Below are positions 36,230 to 45,136 of a stretch of DNA of 60,059 bases, piece by piece. This DNA is from Candidatus Omnitrophota bacterium. Lineage in GTDB: Bacteria > Omnitrophota > Gorgyraeia > Gygaellales > Profunditerraquicolaceae. The number at the start of each line of letters is the position of its first letter. Position 1 is the stretch's first letter. Location of the stretch: positions 1 through 60,059 of the forward strand of contig JBEKHW010000005.1 of the NCBI GenBank assembly GCA_050012075.1, read 5' to 3'. A program made the position numbers and the translations under genes. Below the pieces are notes generated by a model. That model ran no database searches, was not told where the DNA came from, and worked only from the letters and a program-made list of their open reading frames with translations.

Positions 36230-37359
36230 AAATATGTAAGCGCTTTTCCCGCCACTCTACGTAAGAGCTTGCGGGATTCCGCTGACAAAACTAAAAGGAT
36301 ACGGCGGAACGAGGTGCGCGGTCCCCCAAAAATCACGCAAGATAGCTTCTCCTGTCCGTATCTTTCAAAAAACGCGCTTGAAGCATCCCTGGCCATACGT
36401 GAACAGGGAGATTCAATGCATAAATAATAAATCCACCCGGCCAGAAGAACCAAGGCAAAAACGAACAACGAGATCCCGGGAAAAATTATTCTGGCGGCAT
36501 TTATCACAAACCAATGTACCAAATACAAGCTATAACTGATATGCCCGATAAAACGAAAGAGCGGGCTTGCCAATACCTGATGAACAATAGATCTGCACTT
36601 GACGATACTCAATATGCCAAGCGCTACAAGTGGCGCTAATAGCCAGGAGCGGGCCCAAATTCCCGCGTAATCTAAAGACCTGACCCAGAAATAAAATACG
36701 ATCGGAGACACATAGATCGCTATCTTCCAATAAACGGGTTTTACCTTATCCAGCTTACACTTTTTTAATGCTATAGCGGAAAGAGCTCCCGAAAAGAAAT
36801 AAAGAAAACTCCCTTGCGGCAGTAAAAATCCTTTATTTATCGCTACAAAAAATAAACCTGCCCCAAAAACCATCGTGATCGTAAAAGCTATCCGGGTTGA
36901 TAATAAAAAGAAGCCGTAAGCTATCAGAGGATAGACCAGATAGAATTTAATTTCTACGGGGATCGTCCAAAAAACGCCCTTGCTTTCGCATAAGAGCCAA
37001 CTGGGGATAAGGCCGGCTATCCCCCCTTCTCCCTGCGTTAAAGGGAAACCGTGCGGTAAATACCGCTCCAGCAGCAGATATCCGAAGGTTGCGACAAAGA
37101 ACGCCGGGTAAACCCGGATAAAACGGCGGATAAGGAACGCCGTCCAATAAGGCGCCGAGAAACCTTCGAGAAAATAATGGTAGGCCATAAGAAATCCACT
37201 TAAGGTATAGAAGATCATCACGCCGAACGAACCTATTCCGCGTAATAGCGGCACGAAATGCACGTATCCGGCATGACAGAATATCACCAGCAGGCAAGCT
37301 AAGCCGCGCAGCCCGTCAAGGGCGGGAAGGGGATGATATTTTGTAGTCTGAGAATTCAT
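36208..37359 (-). CDS. acyltransferase family 3 (membrane O-acyltransferase)
   Basis: LDGLRGLACLLVIFCH motif and about 10 TM helices. Start moved to Met33 (MNSQTTKY) because the upstream 32 codons lie inside repeat copy C. The last 7 codons run into the tRNA-like head at 36210-36229. Confidence 0.8.
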   Translation of the reverse strand: MNSQTTKYHPLPALDGLRGLACLLVIFCHAGYVHFVPLLRGIGSFGVMIFYTLSGFLMAYHYFLEGFSAPYWTAFLIRRFIRVYPAFFVATFGYLLLERYLPHGFPLTQGEGGIAGLIPSWLLCESKGVFWTIPVEIKFYLVYPLIAYGFFLLSTRIAFTITMVFGAGLFFVAINKGFLLPQGSFLYFFSGALSAIALKKCKLDKVKPVYWKIAIYVSPIVFYFWVRSLDYAGIWARSWLLAPLVALGILSIVKCRSIVHQVLASPLFRFIGHISYSLYLVHWFVINAARIIFPGISLFVFALVLLAGWIYYLCIESPCSRMARDASSAFFERYGQEKLSCVIFGGPRTSFRRILLVLSAESRKLLRRVAGKALTYLESWQSG

Positions 37360-37381
37360 TTTCCAGAGCGGCGGTGCGTTT

Positions 37382-37518
37382 GCCGCCGCATTTTGAGCAC
37401 AAACAAGCGCCGATAGGCGCATATAGCGAAACCCTCCGGAACCCGCGTCATGCAATTATTGCCTATCCGGCAAAGGGCGCAGGAGGGCTAACCGTTCTGC
37501 CAACTCTCCAGAAATTTA
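37382..37518 (-). repeat. tRNA-Ser-5'-half-like element, copy C (flanked by the 12-bp direct repeat GGCGGTGCGTTT at 37370-37381 and 37521-37532)
   Basis: Minus-strand reading: GGAGAGTTGGCAGAACGGTTA, long hairpin CCCTCC...GGAGGG, then the conserved core TTTCGCTATATGCGCCTATCGGCGCTTGTTTGTGCTCAAAATGCGGC. Confidence 0.8.
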
Positions 37519-37865
37519 ATGGCGGTGCGTTTATCGTTGTGTTCGAACGATATTCAACGCACCATAATAATTTTATTTATCTTTTAGGCACCGCGCCTTG
37601 GGGCGCTCCCGTATCTCCCGCGCCCCGCTCGGCTTCTGTGGGCAGAAGCCTCGCTTGGCGTCCGCCTTGGTCGGCTGGCTTCTTGCTAATTTTAATGCGG
37701 GTTCAGCTTTGCTTGTGTTTTGCGGCTGGGTGTGGGCAGCCGCAAAACACAGCGTCCTCACAACAAGTTTTTAATGAGCGAGTTCGTCCGCCGTCTCGCC
37801 TAATACAAATTAAATACTGCTTCGGACGGCGAGACGCAAAGCTTCTCACGCGCAGTGCTTCGAAA

Positions 37866-37917
37866 CCAAAAACTACTAGGGGCGGGCGTGGTCCGCCGCA
37901 GGCGGACGCCCGCCCCT
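37866..37917 (-). terminator. rho-independent terminator ending the kinase/exopolysaccharide operon
   Basis: ~17-bp GC-rich hairpin AGGGGCGGGCGT..CCGCC-GCA-GGCGG-ACGCCCGCCCCT, followed on the minus strand by TAGTAGTTTTT. Confidence 0.7.
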
Positions 37918-38043
37918 ATAAAACCTATCTGGCAAAATTTTGCTGAGAAAAAGAAAAAATAAACTAACCTTTCTCAAAAGGTATTATAAGTTAAAAAGGA
38001 AGTTGCGTCAATTAGAAGTTGCTAATACTGTGTAAATTTCAGA

Positions 38044-39426
38044 TTAGATTTTTTCTAACTCTTCCGGATGGGCGTCAAAATAAGTTTTTATATTTTGCAA
38101 TATCACATCGAGGTCGTCCTGAGGGACTTTACCAATTATTCTCTTTAGCTTTGTTAAATCCGGAACCCTTCTTTTTATATCCTGAAAATGCTCTCCGTAA
38201 TAATTGCTGTAAGGCTCAAAGACTATTTTAGATGAACTCCCGGTAATCTCTTTTATCTTTAAGGCAAGATCCTTTATTGAGGTTTGGTCGTTACAACCCA
38301 GATTTATAATTTCGCCATTTGCCTTTTCTAAAAATGTAAGCTCCATGATTATCTCTATCGCATCATCTACATAGGTAAAACAACGCGCCTGTTCGCCGTC
38401 TCCGTAAACAACTATCGGCTCATTCGTTAAAGCCCGCTTAAAGAAACGCGGTATCACCATCCCATACCTGCCGACTTGGCCCGGGCCGACGACATTAAAC
38501 AATCTTATTACCACTACCGGCAGGCCTCTCTCTCTGTGATAACTTATTGCCAGGAATTCATCTAGTAATTTTGAGCAGGCATAACTCCACCTGTTGATAT
38601 CCGGCGGCCCGATAATCAAATCAGTATCCTCTCTGAACGGCACGGCAGCAGACTTACCGTATACTTCCGAGGTAGAGGTAAGCACAACTTTAATTCCTCT
38701 TGCCGAGGCATATTTTAAGACCAGCTCGGTGCCAAAAGTATCATAGATAAGAGTATCCAAAGGTTTCTCAACCACATTCCTTACCCCCACAGTGGCAGCA
38801 AGATGGTATATCAAATCACTTTGCTCAATAAGTTTGCTTAAGATTGCCTCATCGGTAATTGAGCCTACGACAAACTGAAGGTTCTTATTATCTTTGATAT
38901 CTTCAATGTTTTCTTTTCTTCCGGTTGATAAATCATCCAAAATAAAAATGTTATAATTCTTGGCCAACAGCGCACGGACAAGATGCGAGCCGATAAATCC
39001 TGCGCCTCCGGTAATCAATATATTTTTGATATCTTTGCTGCTCTTCCGGACCTGTGCCCTTCTTAATAAAGCGTTTATCCGGCTGATGAACTCCTCCGGC
39101 TGGTAAGGTTTAGCAACATAATCATCCGCGCCCAGATCCAGTGCCTTGGACTTTTCCTGAGGAGAAAATGCTGCCGAAAGCATCATTACGGGAATATCGG
39201 CGGTTTTATTATCCGAACGCAACTTCTGCAGCGTTTGATAGCCGTCCATAACCGGCATAAATATATCCAGAATAATAATATCCGGGATATCTTTTTTTAT
39301 AGAATACAATGTCTCCTCTCCGTTAGAGGCCGTGCGTACCTTAAATCCGTTACTTTCTAAGCGCAAAGAAACAAGTTTAAGTAATTCGGGATCATCGTCA
39401 ACGAGTAAAACTGTGGGAATCTCCAT
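38044..39426 (-). CDS. receiver (REC) domain fused to an extended-SDR NAD-dependent sugar-nucleotide epimerase/dehydratase (UXS/RmlB-like)
   Basis: The N-terminal 120 aa form a REC domain (VLLVDDDPE, IIILDIFMP, AKPY). Then come the Rossmann motif ITGGAGFIGSHL and the catalytic motif YACSK. Confidence 0.9.
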   Translation of the reverse strand: MEIPTVLLVDDDPELLKLVSLRLESNGFKVRTASNGEETLYSIKKDIPDIIILDIFMPVMDGYQTLQKLRSDNKTADIPVMMLSAAFSPQEKSKALDLGADDYVAKPYQPEEFISRINALLRRAQVRKSSKDIKNILITGGAGFIGSHLVRALLAKNYNIFILDDLSTGRKENIEDIKDNKNLQFVVGSITDEAILSKLIEQSDLIYHLAATVGVRNVVEKPLDTLIYDTFGTELVLKYASARGIKVVLTSTSEVYGKSAAVPFREDTDLIIGPPDINRWSYACSKLLDEFLAISYHRERGLPVVVIRLFNVVGPGQVGRYGMVIPRFFKRALTNEPIVVYGDGEQARCFTYVDDAIEIIMELTFLEKANGEIINLGCNDQTSIKDLALKIKEITGSSSKIVFEPYSNYYGEHFQDIKRRVPDLTKLKRIIGKVPQDDLDVILQNIKTYFDAHPEELEKI

Positions 39427-39547
39427 TTTTCTCCTTACTATCTTTTATCAGAAGATATGATGCGATAGGTATCATCGTCTTTAATATCTTCAGAGAATCT
39501 CTTGTCACCGACTACCAGAATTTTCTTATTCATATTTTTTATGTGTT

Positions 39548-40960
39548 TTAAGTTGAATGCTTTGTTCTAACGTACTGATCGAACTCCCGCATCTTTCTGA
39601 AATAACTGAGCGTCCCGGAGATTTTAGCAACAGAAATTATCCAGCGATAGAAAATAAATTCTACGAGGCTTAAGAATATTAAATAAATAGTGTATCTTTT
39701 CGGAAAAAGTTTCTGCGTCCTGGTAAAAGAAAATATGGAGAGCAGGGAAAAAATCGCTTGTGTCATTATCATAAGGGCAAGAAATGCAAAAAAGATATTA
39801 CTATCTATTAAATGCATCAGCCATCCGGTCAGAACAAAAAAGAGGCTGGCTATTTCAAAAAATACTCCCAGCACCTCATAAAGCACGTAATAAGGAAAGG
39901 TGAAAATCCCGATGCCCCCATATTTTGATTTAAAAAATATCGATCTGTATTCAACAACACTCTCAATTTCTACTCTCTGCCAGCGGTCGCGCTGCTTAAT
40001 GAGGGAACGGATATTCGCAGGGCCGTCTGTCCATGCAACGCAAAAGGGAAGCATTACGACGCGATACGGCTTTTTATTATCAGCAATATATTTATGCACA
40101 CGGAAGGTAAACGGCAGGTCTTCGCAGGTAAATTCCGGGGAATATCCGCCAAGCTCGTATAAAAGATCCCTGCGCCATACTCCAAAACCCCCGGCAATAA
40201 TCGGCACGGCATTAAACCTGCTCCAGCCGACACGGTTTCCGAAAAAGGAACGGATGTATTCCAGCTGCTGATAGGCAATGATAGGTCGGTAAAGAAATCT
40301 TTTTTCTATTATCACTCCGTCTTTTATCTTAAACCCGTTAGAAATCCCGAAATAACTGCCTATGCCTACGATTCTTTCAGGATCCTTCTGGACTTCTGCC
40401 ATTACCCTTAAAAGTGAATCCTGCTCAAGCACCGTATCTGCATCAAAAACGCAGACATAATCATATTTGGCAATATTAAGCCCCGCATTCACTGCCCCTG
40501 CTTTTTTAAACCCTTTGGCTTTGCGTATTACCGATATATTAGGATATTTCTGGCTCTTTAATATATCGTAAGTCTTTCCGTCTTTATAATGCCGTATGTA
40601 AACCATCTCGGTAGGCTTTAAATCCAGCATTTTATTAAGTACATCAAACGTAGAGTCTATTGAGCCGTCATCCACCACAATAAGTTCAAATTTGGGATAG
40701 TTAAGGTTAACAACTGATTTTACGGAATCAGATATCCAATCTTCTTCATTGCAGGCAGGCATTACAATACTTACCGGAATATTAAAAGAGGTGAAATAAG
40801 CCAAGGAATAATCCTCTCCTTCTTTTTTTCTGGCCCATATCTTGCCTTCTATGAATCCTACTGCCCCCAAGAAGAGATAATACAGGACAAGTATAAAAAA
40901 ATATCCAAAAAAAATCAGGAAAGCAACATAGGTAATTTTTGACCACACCAAATAGTTCAT
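39548..40960 (-). CDS. processive GT2 beta-glycan synthase (PgaC/BcsA-class catalytic core)
   Basis: N- and C-terminal TM helices flank VVDDGS, FDADT and the QRDRWQR (QxxRW) motif. Confidence 0.85.
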   Translation of the reverse strand: MNYLVWSKITYVAFLIFFGYFFILVLYYLFLGAVGFIEGKIWARKKEGEDYSLAYFTSFNIPVSIVMPACNEEDWISDSVKSVVNLNYPKFELIVVDDGSIDSTFDVLNKMLDLKPTEMVYIRHYKDGKTYDILKSQKYPNISVIRKAKGFKKAGAVNAGLNIAKYDYVCVFDADTVLEQDSLLRVMAEVQKDPERIVGIGSYFGISNGFKIKDGVIIEKRFLYRPIIAYQQLEYIRSFFGNRVGWSRFNAVPIIAGGFGVWRRDLLYELGGYSPEFTCEDLPFTFRVHKYIADNKKPYRVVMLPFCVAWTDGPANIRSLIKQRDRWQRVEIESVVEYRSIFFKSKYGGIGIFTFPYYVLYEVLGVFFEIASLFFVLTGWLMHLIDSNIFFAFLALMIMTQAIFSLLSIFSFTRTQKLFPKRYTIYLIFLSLVEFIFYRWIISVAKISGTLSYFRKMREFDQYVRTKHST

Positions 40961-40966
40961 ATTTGC

Positions 40967-42067
40967 TTAATCAGAACCCTCTTTTGCCAGTGCCTCTTTA
41001 AAACCTTTCAGAGCGATTCCGGCTGTTGTAAGTACCTCTACAGCCATCTTCCGCGATAATTCGTCCTGGCCATCAAGCATCTTTTTTAAGTACGGGAGAG
41101 AAACATCGATATTCTGAATTAAAATCTCTTTAGCCGCCTCTACCACGTTTAAAGAATTATCGCTTAATAATTCCGCTATATATTTCACGGCGTTTTTGCC
41201 TGTTGCGTTTGCAAGGCCCTGTGCTGCCTGAACCCTGACCAGCCATGATTCGTCTTTTAAACAAGGAATCAATACCTCTTCTGCCTCTTTTCCGCCGATA
41301 TTGCCAAAGCATTCACAGGCAGCGGCGCGCACCTGCGCTAACTTATCCCGGCTTAAGGCTTTGATTTTTTCCGTATATTTTGCAGGTTTAAAACGCGAAA
41401 GTATTTTTGTCGCCCAGAAACGGACTTCAGGATCAGGGTCATCTACCAGTTTTATAATTTCATCCGCAGCAAAAGGCGGAAAATTCTCCAATACCGAAGC
41501 AGTTTTTCTCCGCATCAGGGCATCCTTTTTTAAGAAGGCCAGCAAGATCCGTGTTGAAAGCCCGGTTTTTATCTGCCCTAAGGAAAGGAGGGAAAAATAA
41601 GAGATGTCAGGGTCTTTGTCAAAAAGCCCTTTTTCAAAAATAGCCAGCGCGCTAGAAGCACCCGAAAGCCCGAGGGCAAGTATTGCCTCAATGCGGCGCC
41701 ATTTATTCCTTCCTCTCCTAGCAGTCCGTTCAATCTTAAGTATATTCTTTTGATTAACAAAGGAACTCTTGAAATATTCCTGCTCTTCTTCGTTAAAGAA
41801 TACCGCCCATCTGCTTCTGTTGGTTGCCACATCCAGAAATTCTTTTGGGGTAAATTTTTCGGAAACTGCGAGGCTACCATTTTTGTCCTTTTTTGAAATA
41901 AGTAAATCATAGATATTTCTTTTTATATTCATAAGCCTGCGCTTGCGCCCTGCCAGTAAAAAATCTCCAATAACAAGATAGATAATAATAAAGAAAACCA
42001 AAATAATAAGGATGACCAGTAAGGTTAGATCGACTTTCCAGACTAAATCAGGGTAATAGTTCTGCAT
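40967..42067 (-). CDS. membrane-anchored HEAT-repeat protein
   Basis: One N-terminal TM helix and repeated D.....VR..A...L units (DPEVRFWATKIL, LAQVRAAACECF, SWLVRVQAAQGL). Confidence 0.75.
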   Translation of the reverse strand: MQNYYPDLVWKVDLTLLVILIILVFFIIIYLVIGDFLLAGRKRRLMNIKRNIYDLLISKKDKNGSLAVSEKFTPKEFLDVATNRSRWAVFFNEEEQEYFKSSFVNQKNILKIERTARRGRNKWRRIEAILALGLSGASSALAIFEKGLFDKDPDISYFSLLSLGQIKTGLSTRILLAFLKKDALMRRKTASVLENFPPFAADEIIKLVDDPDPEVRFWATKILSRFKPAKYTEKIKALSRDKLAQVRAAACECFGNIGGKEAEEVLIPCLKDESWLVRVQAAQGLANATGKNAVKYIAELLSDNSLNVVEAAKEILIQNIDVSLPYLKKMLDGQDELSRKMAVEVLTTAGIALKGFKEALAKEGSD

Positions 42068-42078
42068 GGGAATTAAAC

Positions 42079-42936
42079 TTAAAATTTAAAGGATAGACCG
42101 TACATTAGGTTTCTTTTTAAGAATTTGGGTTTTTCAGTTCCGTATGAATATCCGATCCTGGCTGAAACCCATTTATTTATATTGACGGTAAAGCCGGAGT
42201 AAAACAAATACCCGAATTCATCATTTGCAGGCAAGCCGAATATATCATATAGCCATTCGCCGTATGCCCCGCCAAACCACCAATTCAGGTGGTCATTTAC
42301 AGCTAAATTCAGTTTCATCATTCCCATATTTCCCCTGCCGCGGCTTTCAATGATTGTAGCGCCGTAATTTGCACTGATATAGTTGTTACCGAAATAATAA
42401 ATAAAACCGGGATAAATCAGGTGATTGTCACCTGCCGGATAAGCCCGGTAATTATAGCCTAACTGGCCGTAAAGTCCTTTGTAGATTCTATGCGCGTATT
42501 CGATTGTATCCTGCAAACGGTAAATATAAGAGATATCCCATCCGAAACCGGTTTCAAAATGCACATACGAATCCTTTATAGTCAAATATCCGCCGAAGTT
42601 TGCAGTGTAATTGCGCTGGTTAAAGCGCCTCAATTGGGAAACAGAAAAATATCCTCTTAAGTTACCTTTAGCGACGCCTGCTAGATTAGTTACCTCCTTC
42701 CAACTGCCGTTTCTTGAACCCTGAACTATGTCGCTGAATTCATAATAAGAATCAGCAAAAATTTCCATTTTTTCTTCCGTAGGCTTAATTACTGAGATTG
42801 GCGGGGGTATTTGCGAGATAATCCTTGCGGTTTCACCCCCTTCTGCGGCAAAAGAATAAATTGGAATAAAGAAAACAAAAGAAAAAGCTGCAATCAGAAA
42901 GCATCTTAAGGCGGGTTTCTCGGATAAAAGGCTCAT
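42079..42936 (-). CDS. outer-membrane beta-barrel protein (YaiO-like)
   Basis: Signal peptide, alternating aromatic/Gly beta-strand pattern, C-terminal ...YGLSFKF. The YaiO assignment is from memory of the family's size and context. Confidence 0.6.
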   Translation of the reverse strand: MSLLSEKPALRCFLIAAFSFVFFIPIYSFAAEGGETARIISQIPPPISVIKPTEEKMEIFADSYYEFSDIVQGSRNGSWKEVTNLAGVAKGNLRGYFSVSQLRRFNQRNYTANFGGYLTIKDSYVHFETGFGWDISYIYRLQDTIEYAHRIYKGLYGQLGYNYRAYPAGDNHLIYPGFIYYFGNNYISANYGATIIESRGRGNMGMMKLNLAVNDHLNWWFGGAYGEWLYDIFGLPANDEFGYLFYSGFTVNINKWVSARIGYSYGTEKPKFLKRNLMYGLSFKF

Positions 42937-43331
42937 CCTTTGTATTTTTCGGCAAGCGTTATTGCTTCCTTGATATTTACTATTTGATCTTTCAGGTTAT
43001 ACGTTTTTAGAATAAAGCCGGTAGCATTAAGCTTATTTGCCAATTTGAATCTTTCTTCGCTCGAAAAGGCAGTGATAATAAACACCGGGATATGTGTATT
43101 AACTTTGCGTATTTTTTCCAGAACCTCCATTCCGTTGAGGCCCGGCATCAATACATCCAAAAGAATAGCATTTGGTTTTTCTTCAGTAAATTTTTGCAGC
43201 GCCTCTTCTCCGGTAGAAGCAGTAATGACTTCATAATTATTCGCCTCAAGCCTTGTTTTTATCATCTCCTGAAAATCTGGCTCATCATCTACTATCATTA
43301 TCTTTTTTTTCTTCTCCATAGGCCGACTCAT
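42933..43331 (-). CDS. single-domain response regulator (REC5)
   Basis: IMIVDDEPDF...ILLDVLMPG...ITAFS...ILKT. Close paralogue of 44346..44744. Confidence 0.9.
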   Translation of the reverse strand: MSRPMEKKKKIMIVDDEPDFQEMIKTRLEANNYEVITASTGEEALQKFTEEKPNAILLDVLMPGLNGMEVLEKIRKVNTHIPVFIITAFSSEERFKLANKLNATGFILKTYNLKDQIVNIKEAITLAEKYKG

Positions 43332-43432
43332 CCCCCTTCTGATTAAGATTTACTAATTTTCTTATCTGTCCCATTTACCCCGTTAAAGTATACAGTTCTC
43401 TAACGGGGTTTACTCTCAAAAGATTATTTTTT

Positions 43433-43519
43433 TCAGTAAGCGCTGTTTTTTAATCTAATGCTTAAAAACTCCACAAAATCCGGCTCATCGTCAACAACTA
43501 AGATTTTATTAGCTGACAT
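43433..43519 (-). pseudogene. truncated receiver gene 5' fragment (28 codons)
   Basis: Encodes MSANKILVVDDEPDFVEFLSIRLKNSAY then a stop. The first ~25 nt match the start of the gene at 44356. Confidence 0.7.
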
Positions 43520-43523
43520 TTTT

Positions 43524-43892
43524 TTAAATAATCTCTCTTATTGTGGCTAATAATGTACTGGCATCGAAGGGCTTGGCCATTAAAATGTTCCTATTTCTCA
43601 TATGGCTCCTCTCTTTCTCTTCGCTTTTTGTATATAGGCAAGTCAAAAATATAATTGGGATATTTTCCGTCTCAGGATCGAGTTTTAAAGTTTGCGCCAT
43701 AGCAGGACCGTCAACCTTAGGCATTAAAATATCTAGGATGATTAAGGCGGGTTTGTGTTCTTTAACCTTTTCTAATCCCTCTTGCCCATTAGAGGCAGTG
43801 ATTACCACATAATTATTCGCCTCTAACCTTGTCTTTATCATCTCTAAAAAATCCGGTTCATCATCTACTACTAATATCTCCTTCTTATCCAT
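43524..43892 (-). CDS. single-domain response regulator (REC4)
   Basis: Start set at MDKKEILVVDDEPDF (Met19 of the listed ORF). LIILDILMP...LTCL...AKPF. Confidence 0.88.
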   Translation of the reverse strand: MDKKEILVVDDEPDFLEMIKTRLEANNYVVITASNGQEGLEKVKEHKPALIILDILMPKVDGPAMAQTLKLDPETENIPIIFLTCLYTKSEEKERSHMRNRNILMAKPFDASTLLATIREII

Positions 43893-44002
43893 TGCCTCGC
43901 TCCTTTCAGCAACTCGGAGTAACCAGTAAAATCTTACACCGGTCACCGGTCACTTTTTGATAAAGTACTTTTTATCACTCATCGTCAACAACTAAGATTT
44001 TC

Positions 44003-44356
44003 TTAGGCATTCTCAACTATCTCCTTTATGGTATCTAAAGAAAATGGCTTACGTAAGAATATATCTACTCCCAAGTCTTTGGCAAAATCTTCATTGATTA
44101 AATCATAACCAGAAATCATAATCTTCTTAGCTTGAGGGTTCTTTTCCTTTATCACCTTAATGAGCTCAACCCCTGATAATTCTGGCATATTACAATCAAA
44201 AAAAATACAATCGTACTTATTCACATCCAATAAACCTTTCGCCTCCAGGCCATCGTAAGCTGTATCTACAGAGTAACCGCGTTTTGTAAGATACTGCTTA
44301 AAAAATTGACAGCATTCTTTTTCGTCATCAACTACTAAGATTTTCTTAGCTGACAT
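44003..44356 (-). CDS. single-domain response regulator (REC3)
   Basis: KILVVDDEKE...IFFDCNMP...ISGY...RKPF. Confidence 0.88.
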   Translation of the reverse strand: MSAKKILVVDDEKECCQFFKQYLTKRGYSVDTAYDGLEAKGLLDVNKYDCIFFDCNMPELSGVELIKVIKEKNPQAKKIMISGYDLINEDFAKDLGVDIFLRKPFSLDTIKEIVENA

Positions 44357-44744
44357 TATTTTTTACCTTATATTGAGGAGCGATATCCAATATACTATTT
44401 AAGTTATCGACTTCTTGCTGCAAATCGCTGGTTTTAACAATAAACCCTGAGGCCTGTAATTTGTTCGCCACTTTAAATCTTTCTTCATTAGAAAATGCGG
44501 TGATTATAAACACCGGTAAATTTTTATTGTCTCTTCTTATTCTTCTTAATACTCTAAGCCCGTCGAGTTCAGGCATCAATATATCAAGAAGAACCACATC
44601 CGGTTTTTCCTGTTTCACTTTCTCTAATCCCTCTTTGCCATTAAGAGCGGTGATTACCTCATAATTATTTGCCTCTAACCTTATCTTTATCATCTCTAAA
44701 AAACCAGCTTCATCATCTATTACCAATATCTTCTTTTTGTCCAT
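44346..44744 (-). CDS. single-domain response regulator (REC2)
   Basis: KILVIDDEAGF...VLLDILMP...ITAFS...IVKT. Confidence 0.9.
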   Translation of the reverse strand: MDKKKILVIDDEAGFLEMIKIRLEANNYEVITALNGKEGLEKVKQEKPDVVLLDILMPELDGLRVLRRIRRDNKNLPVFIITAFSNEERFKVANKLQASGFIVKTSDLQQEVDNLNSILDIAPQYKVKNNVS

Positions 44745-44764
44745 AGAAATCGCCTCTCTTTCTA

Positions 44765-45136
44765 CTATTTAATTAGTATCATGATTTTCTCAATTAATTC
44801 CTTTGATTCGTATGGTTTAAAAATAATATCGTCCGCGCCGCAAGCACGGCATTTTGCTTCAACCTCTATTGCGCCTCCGGCAGCGGTGATTACAATAATG
44901 GGAATATCTTTAGTTTTGGGATTGGCCTTCATGCGCTTGCAGACTTCGTAACCGTCTATCTTGGGCATAAGAAGATCAAGAAGCACCAAATCGGGAAGCT
45001 CAGAATCAGCTTTTTTTAAGCCTTCCTCACCGTCTATCGCCGAGATACAATCAAAACCGTTTGACTCTAATCGGGTCTTGACAAGCATTACCTGGTCTGA
45101 TTCATCTTCAATAAAAAGAATTTTCTTTTTCTTCAT
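44765..45136 (-). CDS. single-domain response regulator (REC1)
   Basis: ILFIEDESD...VLLDLLMP...ITAAG...FKPY. Confidence 0.9.
   Translation of the reverse strand: MKKKKILFIEDESDQVMLVKTRLESNGFDCISAIDGEEGLKKADSELPDLVLLDLLMPKIDGYEVCKRMKANPKTKDIPIIVITAAGGAIEVEAKCRACGADDIIFKPYESKELIEKIMILIK

Noticed and set aside
37360-37455. 32-codon N-terminal extension of the acyltransferase ORF
   Set aside because: The extension (..RYMRLSALVCAQNAA..) is encoded by repeat copy C. The same pseudo-peptide appears in the spurious ORF over copy A (48582..48764). Met33 begins the hydrophobic acyltransferase domain.
37374-37946. 190-aa plus-strand ORF
   Set aside because: It lies in hairpin-dense GC-rich DNA and spans repeat copy C and a terminator. 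Low-complexity R/A/P-rich product.
39438-39533. 31-codon ORF (MNKKILVVGDKRF...) between the GT2 and REC-epimerase genes
   Set aside because: It could be another receiver or Rossmann-fold 5' remnant or a small upstream ORF. Similarity is limited to KKILVVGD, which is too weak to call.
43893-43946. 18-codon upstream extension of REC4
   Set aside because: Receiver domains begin close to the K-ILVVDDE strand. The extension has no support.
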